DNA of 64,000 bases from Botryllus schlosseri. Its lineage: Eukaryota. Where the stretch lies: the NCBI GenBank assembly GCA_051294905.1, contig CM119381.1, positions 25,110,001 to 25,174,000 on the forward strand, written 5' to 3'. A program made the position numbers and the translations under genes. Numbering within the stretch: the first letter of the stretch is position 1; each line of letters starts with the position of its first letter. The notes beneath the pieces were generated by a model. The model was not told the DNA's origin and did not search any database. It saw only the letters and a program-made list of their open reading frames with translations. Positions 27,701 through 36,100 of this stretch are shown one piece after another.

Positions 27701-30266
27701 TTAGACGGATAATAATTACTATCTCTTCAAGTACCGGTATAAATTATCCGAAGCACATGAAAATAGCATCCTCATTTACAAATATTTTTTTCTGTAAAAA
27801 GCACTAGTTTTGCCGAATTTCGAAGGAAAATACACCAGGACACTAGGTCAAGTCAAAATACACTGGATCAAGTGTAAAAACACTGGGAGTGGCACCACTG
27901 ACCACAAACAGCGGCAACGCAGGCTATGTAAGTATAGCTATCACATGCCACAATTAAGGGTTATATGTATTGTAGTTGGACACAGCATAAAGACCACAAT
28001 CAACGACAATGCAACCTATGCAAGTAGCTGTCACATACCACAATTTGACGTAGCTATGGCTGTAAAATACATAACAGCTACATAAGTAAGGGAATGTATT
28101 TGCTCCGCATTACGTATTGGCCGTCGCTACTGTATAATTCCTACAAGACTGTTGTATTCCGAAATCGACGATAGCGCGTTTCACTGCGCTTCGATTGTAC
28201 AATTGTTAGTGAATAGTGCATGAGACAGATTCGTTTGTGCCTCACCTGACCATTGTTTCTCTGCGATGGCATTGTCTGTAATAAAGCCGAATGTCAACTT
28301 CCTTGGCGATTTTGGAGGGGTTCTGGTGCTCTGATACTGGTAATATTTGGATTTTCTGAATCAATGTGACGATAGCACTTGATTGATACCAGTTATTATG
28401 AATTCCGAGCTATTTATGATGAATTGCATTGTCGCAGGTGAGGCACGACCCGCCCGTGCCTCACCTGTGCCTCACCTATCTTTACGCGCTGTATTTTTAA
28501 ATAATAATAATGCAAATTGATGGTGTTGGGTGAGAAAATGTTCAAATTTCGTTATTTATGAACATCGATGTAAAATATCAATATAATCATCGACTCATGG
28601 AAGGTTTTCACAATTTTCACTCACTCACCATGGCGACAGGTGAGGCAGTGCCTCACCTGCCTCATTGGACCACACGCCACTGGATGTAACAGTTATGTGT
28701 TTTCCAAAGCTATGAATTCGACGCCTTCATGTACTAAGTGTTAATGTGATAAAGATAGACTTACCCTTTAAACAGTGATAGTATGAATCACACTCATATT
28801 TTTCGCCCAAGAAACAACTTCCGACACCAGGGGTTTTAGACCGACATGCCATTCCGGACTTATGATGAGTCGATTGGTTGTATGGCCTTTCGTCGGATTT
28901 ATCTCTGTTAAACGCAAAACTTTGATTCATAACGGCTAAGGTAATGGATATGGTACATTCGCAAAACAAAATATATGTCATTTAAGGTCAGACTAGTGAT
29001 AGAAGAAAAACAACTTCTTAATATAAGTCAAACGCAAGGACATTGTAACATTTATATACTGTGATTTGCTGCAAACATCAACGAAGAAATTTTGAGTTGA
29101 TGTGAAGTGATTGAAAATTTCTCTGAGCTATATCAAATGGTATCAGATGACTCATGTCTCAGTTCAGGGTTAGATGGCAAGTGTATTCAATTCAATATCA
29201 CAGTCACGAAAGTTGGTTTTTTTTTGAACTGTTCATAGACAAATCAGACACGTCATTCAAAGTGATCGGTTAGGTTGATATTTTAAAAGAAATTGAATTT
29301 AAAACATTGATGTTATAAATTTATCCTACAAAGAAAAATATAATGTAGAATTGCACTATTTTGGTTCCCCATAGGCTGCTTTGGACGAACTGCATGTATT
29401 TAATAAATCCTTTCACGCGATAAAATCACTAACAAGCGTCCACAACAACAGACTGAGCCTAGTACAGTAAGGTTGCCTAAGATTCGGACGTTCTTCTCAA
29501 CAATACAGCGCCGTTTGTAATAGGCGACTAAGTTTCAGCTGCTCGATTTTCGGCTTCAATATCACCACTAGATGGGTCAGGGATGCGTAAGAGAGAGGTG
29601 TAATATTCTTTTTCGCATGCACCATCGAGATGCTTTGACGACGGAGATGCGATACGACGGCAAGGTCACCTATTGTCTGCACTCTGCACCCCCGTTTTTC
29701 TCCCCCATGCTATCCGTGAATGCTGAGCGCCTAGCAGCATAACTGCGGATACCAGTTTTCGAGCCCCCCAAATTCTAACGAATTGATCATTGTGAGGTCA
29801 TATTAATAGCCAGCAAGTCAAATGAATCCATGACGTCACGTCATTTTGTAAAAAAATGCCCCGGGCGACCCAGTCCGCAAAAAACTGCAATAATACATAC
29901 CAGTCTAAAAAGGTTATCGCCACTTGTTGGATTGATACATGAATGATGCCACTGCCGATATATAAGGAGGACATTGAGGGTTTCATATACCATATCACTG
30001 GGACTGGGCAAAATGATTCGAGTACTCAGTAAAGGACTCGTGCACTCATATATGAATCATGTATTAATGATAGCATATAATGAATGAGCTTTATTTACCA
30101 ATATTTCTGAATTAGAAAAGTAAATATAACTCGGAAAATGAAATGAAATTGACATACAGGCAATCATTATTTCCGTCACAATACTTAGCGGCTCTGATGC
30201 AGCTCCCATTGTCACAGAAAAAACTCACAGCCGAATCGCAATCTGCGTCTGACATCGTCGCACAGC
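638..30266 (-). CDS. Gene A span: multi-exon LDLa-repeat (~11 modules) class A GPCR, GRL101/RXFP-related, lacking LRRs; 3' end (TM7) outside window, 5' end unresolved
   Basis: Manually traced GT-AG exons with matching phases; translation gives repeated CDxxxxC-x-D-x-S-D-E modules, then LGNVAV, NLAFADLLMGIYLL, WRSSATC, TETSVFIL, YYSEHGVCLP, KVTRIIITDFICWVP. Confidence 0.9.
1153..1374 (-). CDS. Gene A exon: distal ECL2-TM5
   Basis: 222 bp, phase 2->2, GTGAGT donor; SSYTWDSML...FGYYSEHGVCLPRFF...YSLFLILLNFGAFIYIMVGYIGIF. Confidence 0.93.
2040..2600 (-). mobile_element. Decayed Chapaev-like (CMC superfamily) transposase fragment
   Basis: AWNFFQDVV...HKASNYKQLV...AYGKLGTNMSMEVHFLFSHPDVFP...QGERFHQDIK resembles the MSxKIHFLHSHLDxFP...GERFHQDI motif recalled from such transposases; AYKLYF upstream; contains stops and frameshifts. 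Confidence 0.7.
2663..3345 (+). repeat. Diverged direct tandem duplication, ~340-bp unit
   Basis: Units start actctggtctacaaac (2663) and acactggtctacaaat (~3003); collinear through gtgaactccaatccagtggtttt. Confidence 0.85.
6148..6258 (-). CDS. Gene A exon: ECL2 insert
   Basis: 111 bp, phase 2->2; FASNPFFGVACKKDMTAFTKKLVALTGPESNFSRAV; same length as and homologous to gene B exon 63563-63673. Confidence 0.9.
6318..6443 (-). CDS. Gene A exon: TM4
   Basis: 126 bp, TTTCAG/GTGAGT; PLVMKKYSTVIASIMFAWVVSIILATVPLAPSAVEYFQSCV. Confidence 0.92.
6500..6678 (-). CDS. Gene A exon: TM2 end-ECL1-TM3
   Basis: 179 bp, phase 0->2; IYLLSLGIKD...WRSSATCAGLGVIAVIGTETSVFILLIMTSHRLHAVY. Confidence 0.93.
7105..7480. 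mobile_element. MITE end plus (AAC)n-tailed retroposon, copy 1
   Basis: caggggtcacc start, (ttg)n tract, body homologous to 20371-20730. Confidence 0.7.
7629..7771 (-). CDS. Gene A exon: TM1 end-TM2
   Basis: 143 bp, phase 1->0; FISTLGNVAVICHQ...LILNLAFADLLMG. Confidence 0.93.
9017..9143 (-). CDS. Gene A exon: last LDLa module running into TM1
   Basis: 127 bp, phase 0->1, GTAAGT donor; KCDKHVDCMGARDECDGCIQDIFSSDEKLISSRILAAFLWIF. Confidence 0.92.
9252..9347 (-). CDS. Gene A exon: LDLa
   Basis: 96 bp, phase 0->0; ECHDMSDEVNCSRDTHFYCDDEGSTLFVPMSQ. Confidence 0.88.
10559..10634 (-). CDS. Gene A exon: LDLa
   Basis: 76 bp, TTTTCAG/GTGAGT, phase 2->0; FYCNDLASATLPIHIPKNHRCDLHI. Confidence 0.9.
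10851..10961 (-). CDS. Gene A exon: LDLa
   Basis: 111 bp, phase 2->2, GTAAGC donor; CDGLDYYLVGGEICDGIPTCNKTNPEASQDEMNCPG. Confidence 0.9.
12633..12813 (-). CDS. Gene A exon: LDLa
   Basis: 181 bp, phase 1->2; SLQDDYKNQFGMEW...ACDGIPTCDDISDECGSNTRREDCPKNYTFCQNKG. Confidence 0.8.
12877..12927 (-). CDS. Gene A candidate linker exon
   Basis: 51 bp, phase 1->1, TTTTCAG acceptor; a 63-bp intron removes an otherwise in-frame TAA; KFVIRLPIHYTRMKDY. Confidence 0.5.
12968..13637. mobile_element. Non-autonomous hAT-type element with GACTC/GAGTC/GACTT subterminal repeats
   Basis: cagtgttg...aacactg ends; 8-bp TSD gcatatag/gtatatag; same family as 31979-32967. Confidence 0.8.
13784..13879 (-). CDS. Gene A candidate linker exon
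   Basis: 96 bp, phase 1->1, GTAAGT donor; CKNRCWKSERPICHYISKGWNASDSWPKINR. Confidence 0.55.
14981..15149 (-). CDS. Gene A candidate linker exons 15107-15149 and 14981-15041
   Basis: Phase-compatible pair separated by a 65-bp GT-AG intron; EPKLDRGNQMLVEN / LIHFVMLRQSACLQHCDIIW; GTGAGT donor; no recognisable domain. Confidence 0.3.
15599..15676 (-). CDS. Gene A exon: LDLa (donor ambiguous: 15599, 15572, 15566 or 15463)
   Basis: KDDCDDHSDEFGCHEEKFICDSYNP; completes the QCDG of the previous exon across a 67-bp intron. Confidence 0.82.
15744..15850 (-). CDS. Gene A exon: LDLa
   Basis: 107 bp, phase 2->1; KECDDGSDEDFCPFPDEYMTCDEGMKKVQKIYQCD. Confidence 0.9.
16049..16157 (-). CDS. Gene A exon: LDLa
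   Basis: 109 bp, phase 1->2; GDCACHGRLQCIPNAGRRGTSNEQICLKPQQLCDN. Confidence 0.88.
16351..16518 (-). CDS. Gene A exon: LDLa
   Basis: 168 bp, phase 1->1, GTGAGC donor; YFNDKCFRCLDGLLVIPKHQLCDGLFHCKDLSDECLC...CDEICF. Confidence 0.92.
17355..18627 (-). mobile_element. Internally deleted hAT (ZBED-like) element
   Basis: TIR tagagcccgaccgat/atcggtcgggctcta; TSD aacatgat/aagatgat; relics CFAHSLQLFVNDVL and WNRNEERFPILA...VPSERL. Confidence 0.88.
19935..20080 (-). CDS. Gene A exon: LDLa
   Basis: 146 bp, phase 2->1; SIGGFQCPSSRKGGTKICVLPEAHVCDNSSECISGIDECFCEDGKQTD. Confidence 0.9.
20371..20730. mobile_element. MITE end plus (AAC)n-tailed retroposon, copy 2
   Basis: Collinear with 7105-7480 (gaaaacgacttgggg, cttacgaggagatag shared). 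Confidence 0.7.
20826..22861. mobile_element. Foldback/MULE-like element with long TIRs made of ~10-12-bp minisatellite
   Basis: gggtgcctttattttgtac plus (aagctaatgaa)-type array at left is inverted at right; 9-bp TSD ctatacagg/atatacagg. Confidence 0.82.
21304..22051 (+). mobile_element. 5'-truncated RTE-like non-LTR retrotransposon fragment
   Basis: YLGI...RRAKAWGAA...LKTRIFRATAEQVLLYG...RRFRLIGHLVRH...DRPRWRRL*; 11-bp TSD tatgataaatt. Confidence 0.88.
22990..23600 (-). mobile_element. Penelope-like element fragment (RT C-terminal part and linker)
   Basis: LQFTVEKE...LPFLDVLV...VYRKPTFTG...GYP...LHLPWPG...VYQYT; homologous to 44910-45980. Confidence 0.88.
23840..24347. mobile_element. MITE with gggttgcattt termini, copy 1
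   Basis: Inverted ends; internal homology to 48480-49026. Confidence 0.7.
24790..24919 (-). CDS. Gene A exon: LDLa
   Basis: 130 bp, TTTATTTCAG acceptor, phase 1->2; ADEANCDHYTFFCESGDQYIQKEAFCDYQKDCDDNSDERDYN. Confidence 0.9.
27521..27555. repeat. (CA)n/(CACG)n microsatellite
   Basis: tcacacacacacacgcacacaaacacgcacgcacg. Confidence 0.85.
28765..28904 (-). CDS. Gene A exon: LDLa
   Basis: 140 bp, phase 2->1, GTAAGT donor; DKSDERPYNQSTHHKSGMACRSKTPGVGSCFLGEKYECDSYYHCLK. Confidence 0.9.
29605..29762 (-). mobile_element. SINE fragment lacking its tRNA head
   Basis: Collinear with 32628-32785 (caccatcgagatgctttgacgacggag; ctgagcgcctagcag). Confidence 0.75.
30158..30266 (-). CDS. Gene A exon: LDLa (most 5' confidently traced exon)
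   Basis: 109 bp, TTTTATCAG/GTATGT, phase 1->2; CATMSDADCDSAVSFFCDNGSCIRAAKYCDGNNDC; joins L-DKSDE. Confidence 0.9.
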
Positions 30267-31439
30267 CTGATAAAACAAATATCGATAAGGATTATACTAT
30301 TGTAACTTAGGGTTACCGTATTTTCGAAATCTGAAAAGAGTACACTTTTTCAGAATTTCTAAACCTGCAAAACCGGGGGAGAATTCTCAAAAAAATGGTA
30401 AATTTTTCCCACATTGTGGTCGGCAGTATAAATATTAAAAAAGGTCAACTTTTCACACGGCTCTCGAAATACCCACCGGAGCGTAACTCTGGTGCTGATT
30501 TACGACATGTCAGTCGAATTTTGCTATAGATATGAACAAAATTCTCAAAAAAGAGGACAAAATCTCTAGACCCGACCCCTTTACGATAGTGAAAATTTTC
30601 GCACCTCCCCTTATTGTGATATAACAAAATATCAAAAATATCAACCATATTGCTGGCAATCCGAGAGGATAGTTTGATGGCATGGAAGGTTATGGCTGTT
30701 GATGAGATAGTTGTCAGATATAAAATTCGGGCCATACACAAATCAGTAACTAGGAGGTAGAGGTGAATCACGCGGAGTGCGAGAGAAATCTTCAGTTGAC
30801 TGCGTCTTCGCGACCCCTTCAGATGCTTTCACGCCCCCCAAAGAAGGAGCGCAACCCAGTTTAAAAACCACTGTCAACGTTGAATCCGAAAATTTTCTAT
30901 TGGTCTCATTGACAATGTCTGTTGTAGATATCAGGCTTGACAACTGGATAAATCTAATTGTTAACTAATCTGTGAATTGTATTTTAATTCTAATCTGATC
31001 TCTGGCTTTCCTGAAAGTACTACACGAGAACCGTGTCGTGCGAAGTGAGTGAAATTTATTCATCTAACTCTGATCGCTGGTAAATTGACCAAAATAAGAT
31101 CATTTTTCTAAGTAGGTGCTCTGGAAACCGGTTTCCGCGTCCATATTCCGCGATTTTTTTACCTAAAAGATAGGATGATTTTGACCTAAAAATCACAATT
31201 TTGACATTTTTTACCTAAAAAAAACCTTAATTTTGGCTTTATTTTGTCCTCATGTATGTAAATTCGGTGTTTTCCCACATAATGATAGAATTGTACTACT
31301 TATATTCGATTCAGGTTGGTACTATCTGTCCTTACGAAGTAGTTTGGCCTGAAAATTTTGTTGACTTAAAAAATTTTTACAAAAAAATACTCTATTTTAA
31401 CGAAATCTGAATCTATGAAGAATTCCAGTAGTTACATCA

Positions 31440-31700
31440 GGCATGATGGTAGAAATAATTACAATTTGTTGTAGTACACTTTATAGACAATTTCCTACAT
31501 TCTCGGGTAGAAAGTAGGCTATAGTGTCTGTCATTACTAAGTAGCTTGCCAGGAATGGAGAAAGAACGTTCAACAGCAGCAGTTGTTGGCCTGCAACACT
31601 GAAGTCGTGCGTACACTGCTGGTGACGCACCGTGTTGCTTCATTTTGACAATGCTGTGTACATCACAATTTTTGATCATGCTCTTTTTGATAGAAGATCC
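31440..31700 (-). mobile_element. hAT-like transposase C-terminal relic
   Basis: CRPTTAAVERSFSIPGKLLSNDRH resembles the hAT dimerisation motif. Confidence 0.6.
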
Positions 31701-31978
31701 AATGCCGACGCAGTTTACCTTCAGTTAGGATATTGCGGTACGTTTAGCATAACACCATCTCAACCTAGCTGATTCATTTGGCCGTTTATGATTCACAATG
31801 ACCACATAATGTGCCGTGTACAACGGTAGGTCTATAAAGTAGGCTAAAAGCTGTAAAATGTCGTATGCTAAGTTCACCGACAGTGCAACAGTTATGATAC
31901 AAACGAAATGCAGGTGGCGATAAAATTTTGACGTCGTAAACAATTTTGACAATTTTTTGACCTAACGCTACAATTTTG

Positions 31979-32967
31979 CAGTGTTGGGATCAAGTCACTA
32001 CCTTCGAGTCACGAGTCATCTCGAGTCAGTACAGATTTTGACTCGAATCAAGTCAAGTCAATCGATTTTCGAAGGTGACTCGAGTCTAGTCAAGTCAGTC
32101 GATTTTTGGAGGTGACTCGAGTCGAGTCGAGTCAAGTCAAGTCAAATTGAATCTTCGAAATGTGAGTGATGAACTGATGATTCAAAGTCATAACATTTTT
32201 CAAGCTGCGTGAAAGACAGATTAATGGGCCATTTAGCTTGAATCAAATAACGAATATAAAGTTATATTATGTCCTTGCCGTCGGTCGCTATATAATCAAG
32301 TAACAATAATATTGTATATTTTGGCTTGGTATCCCATTTTATATAGTGCGGCCCGCGAATGAATTTAAATGCTGAACGCGGCACGCGAGCTAAGAAATTT
32401 GCCCACCCCCGGACAAGAGTGATAGCAGCAGTTACTCGCGTATTTTAGTAGCAGTTCTAAGTATGCGTGAGCGATACACCGCCCCTTTGAATGTATCTTT
32501 ATGTAACTATATATTCGTTAATTGATTGAGAATAAATGGCGAATCACTCTGTGTTTAAAACAGCTAGCAAAATGCAATAACTTTGAATCATTCCTGATAC
32601 TTAGAAAATTAAATTCGACTTGATATGATATTCTTTTTCGCCGGCACCATCGAGATGCTTTGACGACGGAGTTGCGAAACGGCAGTGAGGTCATCTAGTC
32701 TGCGCCCCCGTTTTTTTGTTTCCTCCATGCTATCCGTTATTACTGAGCGCCTAGCAGGCTAGCTGCGGATACCGATTTTCGAGTCTTTGGTATGACCCGG
32801 CCAGGAATCAAACCCACGACATACTGATCGAGAAGCCGGACGCATAACCATTACGCTATCTCGCACATGTGTGTGGGCCTTGAATTGACTTGACTTGACT
32901 AGAGTCAAAATGTGTAATTACTCGAGATGACTTTTGACTCGAAGGTAGTGACTTGATCACAACACTG
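31979..32967. mobile_element. hAT-type MITE of the GACTC-repeat family
   Basis: TIR cagtgttgggatcaagtcactaccttcgagtc / gactcgaaggtagtgacttgatcacaacactg. Confidence 0.82.
32628..32864 (-). mobile_element. tRNA-derived SINE nested in a hAT MITE
   Basis: Minus strand has A-box-like TAGCGTAATGG and B-box-like GGTTTGATTCC, then GTCATACCAAAGAC...CCTGCTAGGCGCTCAG. Confidence 0.8.
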
Positions 32968-33199
32968 CAAAAAGTAGGTTTAGTTATTCAAAGATGCGAA
33001 AACGTCATTGCGAATACATTATATGCAGTTTGTACGCAGAATATAATACTTCCCGAAGAATCCGTGGTCACACTGCTGTATAACTTCTGACTCAAAAGTT
33101 GCCCTGAACCCTGAATTGTGATTTAAAAATATTGATCGAAATTACAACGTTCGCATTTTGTATTGCTCAGAATATTTTAACTTTTATCGTCGCCTAAAC

Positions 33200-36100
33200 C
33201 ACTAATTTTGCGGTTTATGACGGTATACAATCGGTCAACCATCGCATCTTCTTCCGATTCTATTGCTCGAAAATAAAGGTGTCGCTAGAAAATAGCCCTA
33301 ATGACCCGTAATATAGCCTAATGTAATATAATATTATGCATATAGGCTTGATAACAAAGTATTACCGTCAACAACAGGGGTAAGGTTATGGGGTGATTTG
33401 ACTGGTCCGGCCCGTGAGCGATCAAAAGGATTGAATCTGACCCGCGAACCCAGTTGAGTTTGACACCCCTGGTGTGTACCGTACAGCACAGATATTTGCC
33501 ATTCTTGTGCTTATGAGGAAAACTATAATTTGATGCGAACTGCTGAGCCTGATTTTAGTTGTATTCCAATTAGGAATTCGATTCAATTTCCTAGTTTTGC
33601 GAATTCAGTAATTCTAATTATAATCTAATTCGGAGAATACTGTGTAGCTATATCTATAATCTAAATTGAAAAAACATCTGTGTAGCTATCATTTTAATTC
33701 CAATCTAACTAATTCGGATAAGCTAAAAAGTTGTCTAACTCTGGATATCTCTTTCCTGTTTACTAGAGTCGTGTTAGGCGAGTGGTTCTCAAACGGGAAG
33801 CCGATTGGATTGGTCATGGATATCACGATAAAATTTGGTATAAAAGGTTGCCGTCAACATATAACAAAATCTAGAGATGTCACAATCCTGAGCCGCATTT
33901 GGGAAGCCGATGACCAGAAAGTGATCATAACGAGCAATGAGGCCGTGTTATCATATTGAGGCTTGGCTGAAAATGAAGACACCACCATTAAAATCTAGCT
34001 TTGGCTGAACTGTGAACACTGAACATGAACAGTGATATTGTAACGGGGGCTCCACCCATGGCGAGTGATGACGTCATGCATATAGTACAGGGGTTATGGC
34101 CCGATGGTGGGCCACATGGGCACTGAGCAGTTTGAAGGTGGGCTACAGAGCTATTTGGAAAATTGTAGGTTTAGTGCAAAATTAGTTATATTTGTTATGT
34201 TATTCGCTCAAAACAAATATTCATATAATTATCGAATTATACGTAGGCTACTTCACGTCGAAAATGGGAGGGAAAACGGTGTCTTCTGTTTCCTGGCTAC
34301 GCCAACGATGACAACCCACGGCTTACAGCAACGAAAATAATTTCGAATAAGTAATAACTGGAAGGTAATGCTAAACAGCTGAAGTAACCAAGTATACCGG
34401 CAGGTTCACATGTCGTATTGCGTTCAAAATGGTAGCCTATGCATTAAACTCGGACTGAAGTGTATTTGAAGTCGACTTACGGTACTTCGGCTGGTCGTAT
34501 TATTGTAACGTTAAAATACCCATAATTGCAATTTATTATTTATCCATTGTCCATTGGCGCCTAAGTAGCTGGTGACAAATACTGCAGTCTTTGCAATCCG
34601 AACCCCACACGACAAATGCTAATCAGAAAGAAAAAGATGCACCCCGCGATGAAATGCCAATTTGCAATCGTGTGTGTCTCACGAAAGAAGTTATTTACAA
34701 AATTCAGTTATGAATTTGAAGATAATTCGCGCATGGCGCGACTTGATAGATGCAGACTTTTCTTTCTTTTCCACCGACTTTTCACGCAAGTAAAAGTCCC
34801 ACATTCGAGTAGTGGTGACGAGGCTTTTCGTACAAGGAGCTCTATATCGGATACGCGCCCTATAATTAGGTTTAACAAACTAATATCGGGGCCAATACTA
34901 ACGTGTTGGGGGGATGAAAAATCAGTTGGAGCAGAAGCAGGTTTAAGTCCTTGGAGTTATGAAAAAAGGTGAGATCTCCACTAATATAACTTTGATGGTA
35001 GTCGAGATGCACTAACAGTAAAGTGATCAATATCACGCTGATTAATATTATACCAACTGACCACTATCAAAAAGTCCTTCATAACATCGGTTGCCAATTA
35101 TCTGTAAAATAATATAGTTCACAAGTCCACACAGTAAAAAAGCCCCACGTTACAGCAACAGGTGCTTCAATATAGTATAGGTTCGTTCCTTAATTTCCAA
35201 CACAGGTTGGAAATGTGAATGTAAGACACCACGTATCCTTGCAAAACTGTAATGGTGCCTTTAAGTTTGAGTTCATATCCGTGTCCAAGTCGATTTCTTT
35301 AGCTGGGTTGTTCAAACTGTTTGCTATTCATGGCCGTGTTTCGATTACATATATAGTGTACGGCTGTAAGGCTGCATTCCAGCGGACAGTCGTATTGAAC
35401 CATAGGGTAGATTGGGGTAAAACGCTCAGGCGAGGTCTAAGACGCCCACCATCAATATCACAGAACGAAGCGAGTGTTGAATGCGTCACCGTATCGCAAA
35501 TGTCACCTTATGGTCTGACGAAACTGTCACCTTGATTTCCCCGCCCGAATGAACATTTGTAACGTTTTAAGAGAATTTATGAATTTTACACATATTCTTA
35601 CCAAAATAGAGCCTTTTACAACGAATTGAAATCTCACATTTAACGGATGCTACGAAGAGTTTGCCAGTCCTACTTATGATTTCACAACGCGTAGTTGGAT
35701 TAAAGGCACAGTTCGAAGGTGAATTAACACTATAACCACCTGGTATAACTGAACCGCAATGAATGGCGACCTCGAGGCTAAAACCCCCCACCCCTTATAG
35801 TCCAGAAAATATGGATTGAGTAGCCGTTTATGGTTTCATCAAGGATGTATTCTCCGGGACCGCTATTTTAACAAAATTGCGATTCCGCTGGCGAATATAG
35901 GCTTCCTCTGACTAAACAAGATACATTTCAAGAACTTCCTACTTTGTTTTTTGACTTATCGTGATCAGTTGGTATTTCTGGATGAAATTTGTTTTTAAAA
36001 GATCCGGTACGCCATGATGAGGCGGCAAAGCATGTGCAGGTCTGTATAAGGATTAAATATTTATCAGTTACCGAGTGGCATGCGGCATTTAGTAGGTTAT

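Noticed and set aside
29900-29990. LDLa-like CINPTSGDNL..DC with a GTATGT donor as partner for exon 28904
   Set aside because: It needs frameshifts and creates a TGA at the junction; exon 30158-30266 fits perfectly instead
30445-30771. ORF with TM2-like LVTDLCMARILYL
   Set aside because: It overlaps a MITE also present at ~19275; there is no splice context and gene A's TM2 is already located
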